DNA from: Bdellovibrionales bacterium
GTDB lineage: Bacteria > Bdellovibrionota > Bdellovibrionia > Bdellovibrionales > UBA1609
DNA length: 64,000 bases
NCBI GenBank assembly: GCA_965219095.1
Contig: CBDCMT010000001.1
Coordinates: 1 to 64,000, forward strand
Direction of reading: 5' to 3'
The translations under genes and the position numbers were made by a program. Numbering within the stretch: position 1 is the first letter of the stretch; each line of letters begins with the position of its first letter. The notes below the pieces were generated by a model. It saw only the letters and a list, made by a program, of their open reading frames with translations. It did no database searches and was not told where the DNA came from. Shown piece by piece: positions 34,686 to 44,923 of this stretch.

Positions 34686-35984
34686 TGTAATAGACGTTAT
34701 ATGATCTGACAGTTACCCTTTCTGGGTTAATAAAAAACTGTCTGTCAGTTTTCGTTCTGTTCAATCATCTTTTGCCTTACTTTTTGTTTTCCGTCAAGGA
34801 AAGTTTCCATAGGTGTTCGACCACAACACATTTTTCCCTGATGAGTTCTCCTTTCATTATATTTTACAAGCCACAAGTCAAGGTCAGACTGCAACTCTTC
34901 TATGCTTTTGTACACTTTTTTTCTAAACTCCACTTGATAAAACTCCTCTAAAATTGTTCTATGAAATCTTTCACAGATGCCATTGGTTTGAGGATGTCTT
35001 GCCTTTGTTTTTGTGTGTTCTATATTGTTGATAGCCAAATAAAGCTCATAATCGTGACGATCTTGAACTCCACAGAACTCTGTACCCCTATTTGTTAACA
35101 TACGAAGCAGGGACACATCATGGTCTTCAAAGAAAGGGAACACTCTATCATTGAGAAGGTCAGCTGCTGTGATAGGTGTTTTCGTTTTATAGAGCTTACA
35201 GAAAGCAACTTTTGAGTAAGTGTCCACAAAGGTTTGTTGATAAAGACGTCCTACACCTTTCATAGTTCCCACATAAAAAGTGTCCTGTGAGCCTAAATAA
35301 CCAGGATGAGCTGTCTCTACCTCTCCGCACTCTAAATCCTCTTGTTTCTTCTTCTCTAGGGCTTGTAACTGCTCCTCTGTGAAAACCAAGCCTTCCTCTG
35401 CAGACTTCTTTTCTAAAGCTTTCAAACGCTTTTTGAAAGTCTCTAAATTATTTCTTAGCCAGACCCCTCTAACTCCTGCAGGAGAAATAAAAATTCCTTT
35501 TTTCCTTAACTCATTGGACGCTCTCAACTGTCCATAGGCAGGAAGTTCTATAGCGATCCTTAAACAAGCCTCTTCTGTCGTTTGATCAACTCTGTTTTTT
35601 AAATTAGGCTTTCTACGACTTTGCTCTCTTAATGATTCTAAACCTCCTTCCTCTTTGAGTGTCTTGTAACGATAAAATGTATCTCTTGAAAAGCCCATCA
35701 CCTTACAAGCTTGAGATACATTGCCTAACTCTTCTGCTAATTGCAAAAGACCTACTTTTGATTTTATAATTCTTTCTTGATATGTCATTTTTGTTATCCT
35801 TTCTCCACCCTTTGGGGTGGTATTGTTTATTTAAAAGGGTAACCTCTTTTCATCTCTTTGACATTTCGAGACGTGTCAGATTAAGTTGCGACTATTACAA
35901 GATGATTGAACAGAACGAAAACTGACAGACAGTTTTTTATCAACCCAGAAAGGGTAACTGTCAGATCATATAACGTCTATTACA
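34686..35984 (-). mobile_element. IS481 (34686-35899, reverse) plus an extra forward right end (35900-35984)
   Basis: 347-aa ORF 34745-35788 with TDRG>TNRG; attaaa flanks the whole unit. Confidence 0.92.
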
Positions 35985-36178
35985 ATTAAAGATATTCTTC
36001 TAGTAGGAAAAAATAATCAAAATGGCTTAATTGACTCTATTGATCTTCTTGATGAAGACTCTATACAGAAACAACCAAAAGGAAGTTATTATGCCTCCTC
36101 AAAAGAATCTGTGGGTTCCCGGAGGTTCTTTTGAGGAGGCATATAAAAGTATGGATTTAAAGAAACACTACTAAAAAA

Positions 36179-39169
36179 TTAATTTCTTGCACAACTGTAA
36201 TTTATATCATAGGATTCAGGATTAAGATGTATTTCGAAAGTGATTTTATTTTTATCTTGATTTAAAGTAAATTCGACTTGAGGATCAGGTAAAATTTCAA
36301 TATCATCTTTAAAGTCACCATTATCGTTGACATCTACAGATGAACATTCTAGCAAAACCTCTTTTGTGAGATCTTTTACAGAATCTGCAATCTCATCTAA
36401 AACTGTTGTATAATCAGAACTACAAATATTTAGAATTTCCCCTGGAAGAATACCTTTTTTAGGATCATCTGTATTTGATAACATTTCATAAACTGTTCCT
36501 TTTACATTTGTTGTTGCACAAGATCCTTTAGAGGGGTTAACAATAGAATGAAACTGAAAAACTTTACTGTTTCCAAGAGTAGCGACTTTTTTATTGATAA
36601 ATTTTTGAACCTGAGAGGGGTCATAAATATGATAAGAATGAGTTGAACTTTCATCTTCATCTGATATAAGAATAGAAATAAAATAAGCGTCTGGTCTTAA
36701 AAGATCATTTTGTGGATACGTATCTTTATTCTCAAGAAAATAAATCAATGACTTTATACCTCGTTCATTCCAACTTCCCTCTATTCCAAAAGATAAAATG
36801 GTCTGCCCTAGTATATCTTGTTTTTCTATCAAATTTCCATCAGAATCGAAATAAGAATCTTGTTTCTTTAAAATATATTTTCTTTCTACTGATGATTCTT
36901 CTCGAAAGTTTAATCGATTCCAAATTAAAGACTTCATATTGTTTTTCCCATTATCTACATCTGTAGATTGAAGAGCAATGTTCCAATCTATGTCGTCTGC
37001 ATTGAGTTTTTGAATGAATGTATTGATTTTATCAGATAAATGAATTTGTTCCTCTTTCATAGAGCTTGAATTATCAATGATAAATAAAAAATCAACAGGA
37101 GCGTTTTCTTTGATCGTAAAGCTTTTTGTTTTTTCTACAAAATCATGAGTAACTTGAAAATCAAGTTCGACCCTTGTTGTGTTTCCTGCTTTATCTTCTG
37201 CTCTGATCCTAAGTTTATAAGAACCAATTTCTTTAGGAGTAAAAGAAAGGTTTCCGTTATAGAGATCACCAATATTGCTAAAGTCCTTGACACTATCGTC
37301 ATGAGGCTTAGTGACAAAACTAGGCGTATTGCTTTTAACTCCTGAGGTGTCTTGAACAGTCCAATGAACAATAACTCTATGATTCTCATAAACAATTTTT
37401 TCTGGTTTCTGTGAAAAAGAAATCCTAGGGGGAGTGATATCTACAGTCCAAGTGTATTGACTCACGCTCCAATTTTCAAGTTTATCAACAGAAAGGACAT
37501 AAAAAGTATGCTCTCCCTCTGTGATTTCGTTGAAACGATGAGACGCAAGAGTGTTACATTGGAATTTTTTTGTGTTAGAAAGAACAGAGGAAAAAGTCAA
37601 ATGAAGGTTAAGTGAACAATAAGTTTTTACTCCTCCTGATTCTGATAAACTCCAAGAAAAATGAGCTGTTTGCAATTTACCTAAAGGCTCAGGCTTGTTT
37701 CTAAAGGTGATTTGAGGAGCTGTTGTATCAACAGTCCAAGTATAAAAAATTTCTGCTTTTAGACCTACAGCATCTATTGCTCGAATCTTAAACTCATGTT
37801 CTCCGTCTCTTAAGGAATCGAAAGAAGCTTCACTTAGAGAACAATCCTCAAAAGACCTTTGATCTAGTCTACATTCTATTTTTTGAAAAGGAGTACTGTC
37901 ATCTGTAACACTAAAACGAAAAGTAGCTGTGGTTTCTTTTGTAAATTTTTTAGGTTTTTGTGAAAAGGTCATACTAGGTGATTTTATATCCACAAACCAG
38001 CTATAAGAAGAGTTAGAAGAATTTCCTGAGGAGTCTGTACATTTTAATTCAAAGGTATGATTCCCATGCCCTAAATTAGAATAACTTTGACTTTTACTAC
38101 AAGACTGAAAAGAAGAGGCTCTCTTTTTATAGCCATGACGACATTCGTAGTTTACATCTTTTGAAGAGGGCAAAGTGAAGAGAATTTGAGTTTCTTTTGT
38201 AGGAGATGAAGGAATTTGGGCTAATTGACAATCAGGGGCTGTTGTATCAATGGTCCAAGTGTAGGATGCTTCAGAGCTTAGTCCTACTTGATTTAAAGCT
38301 TTTATTTCAAAAATATGAGAACCCTCACTTAAAATGTGAGTTTGGTATGTTTTAGAACTGCAATCCTCCCACTCTTGACCTTTCAGGCGACATTTGATCT
38401 CTTTCACTCCAGATTCCCCATCCACTACATCAAATATAAACTTCCCTCTCTGAATATTTGTGAGACTAGGTGGGCTTTTTCTCAGTACAATAAGACTTGG
38501 AGTTTTATCTTGTTGAACTGTAAAAGAGGAAGTTTTTTTATTTCCTGCTTTATCGAAAGCTTTAACATACAAAGTTTTTGTTCTTTCTGAAGCATTAAAG
38601 ACTAAAATATAAGAATCCCTACAATCAGAAAACTTTATAAAGCTTTCTGATAAAGAACAACTTGTTTCTTTTAACTCCCTATCATCTGAAATAAAAAAAT
38701 TTACTTTAAATTTCTCACCTGCTATCCAGAGATGAGAGATCTCCTTAAAGGTGATTTGAGGAGGGGTTTTATCATGAATGATAGAATCTGAATAACAATC
38801 ACTTTCCTGCTCTTCTGTCTGAAATTTTATATAAACAGATACCTCTTGATTCTCCTGTGATAGAGTCCAAGATTTTTTAATACTTTCACCTTTAGAGTAA
38901 TTTTCCCATTTCCCTCCCTTAGAACATTGCGGGTCATTAGTGATGTACATTCTCGTAGAAAAATCTCCTTCAATAGTCAAAATCACCCTTTTATCCTTAG
39001 TATAAGTATCTCCATCGTTGATCAGAAGACTCCTTGTGCTTTTAAGGATGGAATCCAAATCTCTTTGCCCAAAACTGGTTTCAGCACATGAGTTAAATAA
39101 AAAAGGTAAAGGAATGGATAAAATGATGAGAAAACTTATAAAAAGCCTTCTTATATGAATCTTTTTCAT
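36179..39169 (-). CDS. Surface lipoprotein with tandem Ig-like repeats and C-terminal vWA domain
   Basis: Lipobox-like LFNSC; repeated G.H.F.(I/V).A.D..G..S...YTWTVDTTAP units; MIDAS-like DFLFIIDNSSSM; ISDEDE. Confidence 0.8.
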   Translation of the reverse strand: MKKIHIRRLFISFLIILSIPLPFLFNSCAETSFGQRDLDSILKSTRSLLINDGDTYTKDKRVILTIEGDFSTRMYITNDPQCSKGGKWENYSKGESIKKSWTLSQENQEVSVYIKFQTEEQESDCYSDSIIHDKTPPQITFKEISHLWIAGEKFKVNFFISDDRELKETSCSLSESFIKFSDCRDSYILVFNASERTKTLYVKAFDKAGNKKTSSFTVQQDKTPSLIVLRKSPPSLTNIQRGKFIFDVVDGESGVKEIKCRLKGQEWEDCSSKTYQTHILSEGSHIFEIKALNQVGLSSEASYTWTIDTTAPDCQLAQIPSSPTKETQILFTLPSSKDVNYECRHGYKKRASSFQSCSKSQSYSNLGHGNHTFELKCTDSSGNSSNSSYSWFVDIKSPSMTFSQKPKKFTKETTATFRFSVTDDSTPFQKIECRLDQRSFEDCSLSEASFDSLRDGEHEFKIRAIDAVGLKAEIFYTWTVDTTAPQITFRNKPEPLGKLQTAHFSWSLSESGGVKTYCSLNLHLTFSSVLSNTKKFQCNTLASHRFNEITEGEHTFYVLSVDKLENWSVSQYTWTVDITPPRISFSQKPEKIVYENHRVIVHWTVQDTSGVKSNTPSFVTKPHDDSVKDFSNIGDLYNGNLSFTPKEIGSYKLRIRAEDKAGNTTRVELDFQVTHDFVEKTKSFTIKENAPVDFLFIIDNSSSMKEEQIHLSDKINTFIQKLNADDIDWNIALQSTDVDNGKNNMKSLIWNRLNFREESSVERKYILKKQDSYFDSDGNLIEKQDILGQTILSFGIEGSWNERGIKSLIYFLENKDTYPQNDLLRPDAYFISILISDEDESSTHSYHIYDPSQVQKFINKKVATLGNSKVFQFHSIVNPSKGSCATTNVKGTVYEMLSNTDDPKKGILPGEILNICSSDYTTVLDEIADSVKDLTKEVLLECSSVDVNDNGDFKDDIEILPDPQVEFTLNQDKNKITFEIHLNPESYDINYSCARN

Positions 39170-39556
39170 GTCTTCTTTTTCGACAAAAATGTCTCAAGAC
39201 TTTAGCCTAAACCTTGTACTTGTGTCTTTATTTTTAAAATTCTGTTTCAATTTGAGACATAAACTTGAAATAACAGAAGAAAATAAGATTGATAAAATGA
39301 TAAAAATACGATCGTTACACTTTATTTCATGTGGTTCTTTAGCTGCCGGACGTTTTTGTTATGAGTAAAAATATAAAAAAACTAAAAGTTAAACTAAAAA
39401 AAGACGCTACAAAATAAACTTTTTTAGAAAATTTGTCTACTCTTATCTCTTTTAAGGCCTTCACCTCCCCTTCTTTAGGAGCAGGAACTAAACTCTTAGA
39501 TTCAAGCAGAATTGTCTTTTTAAGCTTCTTTCTACTACGAGAAGATAGTTTTCTTG

Positions 39557-39823
39557 CCTCCTCAAAAGAATCTGTGGGTTCCCGGAGGTTCTGGCAGTTT
39601 TCCAAGGTTATGATATAAGGCGATTTTTATAGCTTTAGAGGTTCTAAAGCCGTAAGATTTTCTCATAGTGAGTTTTACTTTGTTGTTTAAACCCTCTACA
39701 ATCCCTGAGGAGAAGGCTTTTTTAGCCTTGAAGTAATTAAGAATAAGTAGCTTATGTCTTCGTATGGTTTTTGCTTCTCTTTTCATAGGTTCAATTTTTG
39801 AAAGCATGACTCGTCTCGTCCAA
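39557..39823 (-). mobile_element. ISL3 3' fragment
   Basis: gcctcctcaaaagaatc end; WTRRVMLSK..PPGTHRFF. Confidence 0.9.
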
Positions 39824-39854
39824 CGAGGATGTCCCATTCATGGGACTTTAAAGT

Positions 39855-40925
39855 TCATAATTTTTCAGTAATTTTCTTTCCTATAAGAGGAGCAAGAGTG
39901 AATCCTGTGCAACTCCATCCAGCCGAAATAAGAAGATTTTTATATTTAGAATCATATTCTAAAATCCCTTGAGAATCTTTACTATAACTTTCAATAGCTC
40001 GTATTCCTCCTTCAAGGGTGGAGTTTTTCACCCAATTCAACCGATGACTGATTCGTTGTTTTGCTACATTGGCATCCCGAATGCTTAAATGTTCTAATGC
40101 TTTTTGTCGGCTATTGATTTGAGTTGCTTCAAAAAGATATCCACCCACGAATGATCCGTTCGGAAAAAAATGACCAAAAGTCCTTGAATTTTTATCAACA
40201 AATAAAGGGACTTTGGTTTGTCGATTCCTCCTAAAAAACCTGTTAACTTGAATAACTTGGGGAAAAATGTCCACCTTAGTTCCAAGAGTTTTTAATAAAT
40301 CATATGTCCATATGCCAGCAGTCAACACCAATTTTTCGCAGTTCAAAACCTCTCCTTGGCTAGTTTTAATTCCGGTAACTTTATTTTTTTTGGCCAAAAT
40401 TTCTAATACAGAAGTGTTAAGTTTTACATTGGCACCTCTTCTTTTAGAGTACCATACAAAAGCTTGTGTTGTGCTATAGGGACAAGCGTTTCCAGCACAG
40501 GGTTCATAAATGGCTACATCATCCTCATACCAGTAAAAATCAGGAAATTCTTTTTTACCTATAATTGGATCAATAATATGAAAATCCACTCCTGATGTTT
40601 TTAAAATAGAAAGATGTTCTGAAAAAGACCTAAGCTTATGACGTTTTAAAAAATACAAAGACCCTGTTCTATTAAAATGACATGGAAAGCCTACTTTTTC
40701 ATCAAAATTTACATAGAAAGGGACACTCTTGGCTGCATTTTTTGTTGTTTCTGGATTTTTATGCATAACTCTTATAAGAGATCCCCATGATCCTGTTGCA
40801 CCGCAACCAAAGCTAGATTTCTTCTCAATAAGCAAACAGTTGTAAATTCCTTTTTCAGTTAAATGATAAAGCACTGATGTTCCTACAGCTCCAGCTCCGA
40901 TGATAATGATATCGAAGTGTTTCAT
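39855..40925 (-). CDS. FAD-dependent oxidoreductase, D-amino-acid-oxidase-like (DAO family)
   Basis: DIIIIGAGAVG, GATGSWGSLIR, VLTAGIW, GFTLAPLIG; ATGA overlap with the upstream cupin-MetRS gene. Confidence 0.88.
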   Translation of the reverse strand: MKHFDIIIIGAGAVGTSVLYHLTEKGIYNCLLIEKKSSFGCGATGSWGSLIRVMHKNPETTKNAAKSVPFYVNFDEKVGFPCHFNRTGSLYFLKRHKLRSFSEHLSILKTSGVDFHIIDPIIGKKEFPDFYWYEDDVAIYEPCAGNACPYSTTQAFVWYSKRRGANVKLNTSVLEILAKKNKVTGIKTSQGEVLNCEKLVLTAGIWTYDLLKTLGTKVDIFPQVIQVNRFFRRNRQTKVPLFVDKNSRTFGHFFPNGSFVGGYLFEATQINSRQKALEHLSIRDANVAKQRISHRLNWVKNSTLEGGIRAIESYSKDSQGILEYDSKYKNLLISAGWSCTGFTLAPLIGKKITEKL

Positions 40926-42883
40926 TTTTTTAAAAACTTTCGAAATTGTTCTAAGCTTATGGAAAAATCAGATATTTTAAGATCGCAAAGGTGTCGAGTG
41001 ACCTTATTGGTTTCAACCACTCCTGCCGAGGTTTCTTCACACATCAGATGGGTGGAAAGTTTTTTTCCAAAATTTATCATAATAGGTGTGATGAGTTTTG
41101 CCCATTCTTGCAGTGCTGATAAACATAAACTAAGATTTTCCTTTGTATGTCTATGGCGATTTCTGAACCAGAATTTTCTTAAAAAATTCAGATAATAAGA
41201 CAATTGATCCGAAGCACCATTAAGAGAAAAATTTCTAAGTTCATAGAATTCTTGAATTTTCCAAGACTGTTGGGTGGATTCAAAGAGAAATTTTTCTTGG
41301 TAGCCCTTGAGTTTTGGCATAACAGCCCATTCATACCTGTACCTTTTTAGTGTATGATCTAATGAGTTAAAAAAACTCTCCCAGCGATCAACTAACTCGG
41401 TTTTAAGAAAATTTTCAAAATCAGAGAGTTGAAAGTTTGTTTCCTCATCTTCAGATCGAGTCAGGCACAAATAAAAACGCAGTGAATCTGAAGGAACAAA
41501 TTCTAAAATATCATGAGCCCAAATAGCATGGTTCCGACTCGTTGAAAACTTCTTTTCATTCAGTTGATAGAAATAATTGGAAAGAAAGCCTTTAGGTGGT
41601 CTTATGTTAGTGTCAATTTTATGCATTAAAGCTGGGAGTAGTAACCCGTAAAAAAAACTATTATCAAAACCAAAAGACTGAACTACTTCATTTTGATGAG
41701 ATTTCCAAAATTGAACTCCTTTTTGTCCCTTTCTTTTTGACAGGTAAAGTAAACTTGCAGCCATTTCTATCCATTCATAAATAATTTGATTTTTTTGACC
41801 TGGTACTGGAATACCCCAATTGGAAAATTGGCTAGCAGAGACATCGGGAAGTCCTAGTTTGAAATAGTTCAGATAAAACTCTCTTAGTTTTGGATGCATT
41901 TCAATGTGTTTCAGAGTTTCTTCTAAAAATGAGGAAGATTGAGAGAGGGGAAAATAATACCGATTCACTTCCTTTATGGAGATTTTACCATCGCCAAAGT
42001 TTGATTTTGGATCAATAAGATCAATACAGTCATTATAACAGCCACAGTTTTCACATCCATTTCCTCCAGTAGGGGTTTTGCAATGAGGACAAGTGCCTGA
42101 GATTTGGGAGCCGTAAATAAACTTTTGTGTGCTTTCGCAAAAAACTGTAGGAGCTTTTCTTAAGATTAAAAAACCTCCGTCTATCAACTTTTTAAAAATG
42201 TCTTGAACAAATTTTGTATAATCATTATTTTGGAAAGGGCTTAACCATTCATCATATGAACAGCCAAAAGCTTTCAGAGACTGTATAATAAGAGGTCTAT
42301 ATCTCTTGACGACCTCTTCATTTGTTAAATTGAGTTGAAGGGCTTGAGAGGGAACATAAGACTGATTGTCATCAGTTCCAATGGACACAGATACGTTTGC
42401 ATTTTGTATAGAAAGGTAGCGAGCAAAAACGTCCGCAGATAAATAGGGCCCAGACAAATGGCCTAGATGCAAGGGGCCGTTGGGGGTTGGAGGGGCTGGA
42501 ATGATCAAAGTAAAAGTAGGTTTTTTGACTCGGTAAGGAAGCACCCAGGCTATAGAGTGAAATTCCAATGGCTCAGAATGAGAAAGGTTTCTTAGAGTAT
42601 GCTCAGAATGAGGGGGAATGAAAATTGCATCTCCTGTGCTTACTTCTTGTATTTCTTCTTCAATTTGCATTACTCCACTTCCTTTTATGATAAGAAAAAT
42701 TTCCTGATCTTCATGGCAATGAGATGCTGTCGAATGGTATGGAGGAATTTGACAAAGAGTTAGTGCAAAAGGTGTTCGAAGCTCTTTGTCTCCTAAAGGT
42801 AAAGCTGTTTTACAAAAAATATTATAGGCTTTTTCCCAAGTGTGAGATCCTATCTTTTTAATCTGCACAAGTTGACTCTCCAA
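40922..42883 (-). CDS. Cupin + methionyl-tRNA-synthetase-like fusion (putative hydrazine synthetase, Spb40/PyrN/Tri28 architecture)
   Basis: N-terminal cupin SHCHEDQEIF..GDAIFIPPHSEH; class I aaRS PPTPNGPLHLGH, GTDD, Cys knuckle CPHC..CENC, GFDNSFFY, KFSTS. Confidence 0.88.
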   Translation of the reverse strand: MESQLVQIKKIGSHTWEKAYNIFCKTALPLGDKELRTPFALTLCQIPPYHSTASHCHEDQEIFLIIKGSGVMQIEEEIQEVSTGDAIFIPPHSEHTLRNLSHSEPLEFHSIAWVLPYRVKKPTFTLIIPAPPTPNGPLHLGHLSGPYLSADVFARYLSIQNANVSVSIGTDDNQSYVPSQALQLNLTNEEVVKRYRPLIIQSLKAFGCSYDEWLSPFQNNDYTKFVQDIFKKLIDGGFLILRKAPTVFCESTQKFIYGSQISGTCPHCKTPTGGNGCENCGCYNDCIDLIDPKSNFGDGKISIKEVNRYYFPLSQSSSFLEETLKHIEMHPKLREFYLNYFKLGLPDVSASQFSNWGIPVPGQKNQIIYEWIEMAASLLYLSKRKGQKGVQFWKSHQNEVVQSFGFDNSFFYGLLLPALMHKIDTNIRPPKGFLSNYFYQLNEKKFSTSRNHAIWAHDILEFVPSDSLRFYLCLTRSEDEETNFQLSDFENFLKTELVDRWESFFNSLDHTLKRYRYEWAVMPKLKGYQEKFLFESTQQSWKIQEFYELRNFSLNGASDQLSYYLNFLRKFWFRNRHRHTKENLSLCLSALQEWAKLITPIMINFGKKLSTHLMCEETSAGVVETNKVTRHLCDLKISDFSISLEQFRKFLKK

Positions 42884-42943
42884 AACTTTTACAATAATAA
42901 AAAATAACGTTATAAACTAGTACAGACGGGAGTACATTTTGCT

Positions 42944-43516
42944 GTGAGTCAAAGAGCCTTTACTAATAAAATTCCATCACTTGAAACTCCACGTCTTTTC
43001 TTAAGGGAACTTCAAATAAAAGACAGCAGATCTTATTTTCAACTGTGTTCAAATCCAAGTGTCATGAAAGCTTACGGAGTCGCTCATCACAAAAATGAAA
43101 ACGAAACGAAAAAAATCATCCAATTCCATAAAAAACAATTTCAAAACAAAGTGGCTATTCGTTGGGGAATTTTTTATAAAGAAAATAACAGCCTTATTGG
43201 CGATGTAGGATATTGGCGTTTTGATTGGAATCGCAATCGTGGTGAAATGGGTGCAAAACTAATACCTTGTTTCTTCCAAAAAGGTCTTATGACTGAAGCT
43301 TTGAGAAAGCTTATTACCTTTGGATTTGAAAAACTTAGACTGCATAGTATAGAAGGAGCAGCATTTCCACAGAATCCAGCCTCTAAAAAGCTTCTAGAAA
43401 AGCTAGGATTTCGACAAGAAGGTTATAGAAAAGAATTCTCTTATTCTCCTTACGAAAAAAAATATCTCGATAGTTACCTTTACTCGCTTCTTGAAAGTGA
43501 CTGGAAGGATATGTAA
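42944..43516 (+). CDS. GNAT N-acyltransferase (RimJ/RimL-like)
   Basis: LETPRLFLREL, FQKGLMTEAL, NPASKKLLEKLGFRQEG. Confidence 0.9.
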   Translation: MSQRAFTNKIPSLETPRLFLRELQIKDSRSYFQLCSNPSVMKAYGVAHHKNENETKKIIQFHKKQFQNKVAIRWGIFYKENNSLIGDVGYWRFDWNRNRGEMGAKLIPCFFQKGLMTEALRKLITFGFEKLRLHSIEGAAFPQNPASKKLLEKLGFRQEGYRKEFSYSPYEKKYLDSYLYSLLESDWKDM

Positions 43517-43517
43517 A

Positions 43518-44765
43518 ATGCATAAGGTCTGTTGCATTGTGGATGCCTATTCTTCTGGAAATTTCCTTGCACCTGAATTTAAAAAACTAGGCTATCCATC
43601 AATTCATGTTCAAACTACGAAAGAAATTTTTTCAGTACTGCAACCAAGCTTTCGCAAAAATGATTTTTCAGAAAATATTATTTTTGATGGAAATTTCGAA
43701 AACCTAAGGGAACGTCTTAGAAAATATCCCATAGCTTGTCTTCTGCCAGGAACAGAAACAGGCGTAGAACTGGCTGATCGACTCAGTGAAACCCTTAATC
43801 TTCCCACAAATGGGACCAGAAAAAGTCAAGCCCGTCGCAATAAATTTGAAATGTCTGAAGCTGTTAAAACTTTCGGCTTAGAGGTTGCAAAACAAAAAAT
43901 GTCTTGTGATGTCGAAAATTTGATTCATTGGTATAAAACAAGTAGCTTAAAAAAAGTTGTAATAAAGCCTATTGCAAGTGCTGGATCAGAGGATGTTAAA
44001 ATCTGTCATTCGGAAAGTGATATAAGTAAAGCATTCAGTCGAATGATGGGAAAAGTTAATAAGCTTGGTCATAAAAATGAAGCCCTTGTAGTACAAGAGT
44101 TTCTAGAAGGGGAGGAATATTTTATCAATTCTGTATCATGCCAGGGAAAACATCATATTACGGATATTTGGAAGCACCAAAAACGATCTTTAAATGGATG
44201 CGATTTTGTTTATGACTGTGCTGAACTGTGTTCCAGACAAGGAGAGGTTGAAGATAAAATCAGTGACTATCTTTTGAAAGTTTTAGAAGCTCTTGAAGTT
44301 CGGTTTGGACCAGCCCATTCTGAGATTATGATGACCTCAACAGGGCCGAAGCTCATTGAAATGGGAGCACGGATTCAGGGAATGTCTGTTCCAAGTTTAA
44401 ACCAAGAATGTATTGGATACGGACCCATTGACTTAACTGCAGAAGCTTATTTAAATTCAAGGAAATTTCAAGAAACAGCAAAAAACTCTTATCAACTCAA
44501 AAAGTATGCTTTAAGAGTGAATCTTATTTCTTATAAAAAAGGGATTCTTAAAAGTTTACCTGGTGAACATTTATTAAGAAAACTTGAAACTTTTTTCTTT
44601 TTAAGATGGATTAAAACTCCAGGTATGAAGATACCCAGAACTATTAATTATTTTACCGTCCCGGGCTTTGTTATACTCGTTCATGAAAACAAAGAAAAAC
44701 TCTATGAAGACTACACTAGGATACAGGAAATGGAAAGCCATAATGATATTTTAATGTATGAATGA
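43518..44765 (+). CDS. ATP-grasp amino acid ligase (NikS/BacD-like)
   Basis: VDAYSSG, ARRNKFEM, VIKPIASAGS, QEFLEGEEY, GPAHSE, IEMGARIQG; ATG 1 bp after the GNAT stop. Confidence 0.88.
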   Translation: MHKVCCIVDAYSSGNFLAPEFKKLGYPSIHVQTTKEIFSVLQPSFRKNDFSENIIFDGNFENLRERLRKYPIACLLPGTETGVELADRLSETLNLPTNGTRKSQARRNKFEMSEAVKTFGLEVAKQKMSCDVENLIHWYKTSSLKKVVIKPIASAGSEDVKICHSESDISKAFSRMMGKVNKLGHKNEALVVQEFLEGEEYFINSVSCQGKHHITDIWKHQKRSLNGCDFVYDCAELCSRQGEVEDKISDYLLKVLEALEVRFGPAHSEIMMTSTGPKLIEMGARIQGMSVPSLNQECIGYGPIDLTAEAYLNSRKFQETAKNSYQLKKYALRVNLISYKKGILKSLPGEHLLRKLETFFFLRWIKTPGMKIPRTINYFTVPGFVILVHENKEKLYEDYTRIQEMESHNDILMYE

Positions 44766-44923
44766 GAGAAATGCACTGGATACTTGCAGTTAATACTTGC
44801 AGTTAGGTGACATATAGTGCTTCCGTTTAGGTTTTCAGTTTCCTAAGATAGAGAAGTTATCAGTTATCAAAGTTTCTAATTTAGATCTGTGTTTTCGTAT
44901 TCCTCTAAAAAATTGACTTAAAC

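Larger units (their letters stand above)
33750..36092 (+). pseudogene. Secreted helical protein with premature stop (34542-34544) and IS481 insertion
   Basis: TAA falls where the 57-bp repeat has GAA; frame continues to ..RNDCIK and resumes at 35991 with DILLVGKNNQNG.. Confidence 0.7.

Noticed and set aside
40922..42883. Housekeeping methionyl-tRNA synthetase (metG)
   Set aside because: N-terminal cupin fusion, atypical C-terminus and biosynthetic neighbours argue for a repurposed paralog; no gene symbol given
44779..44805. 13-bp tandem duplication (tacttgcagtta) after the ATP-grasp stop
   Set aside because: Two copies only; no supportable function
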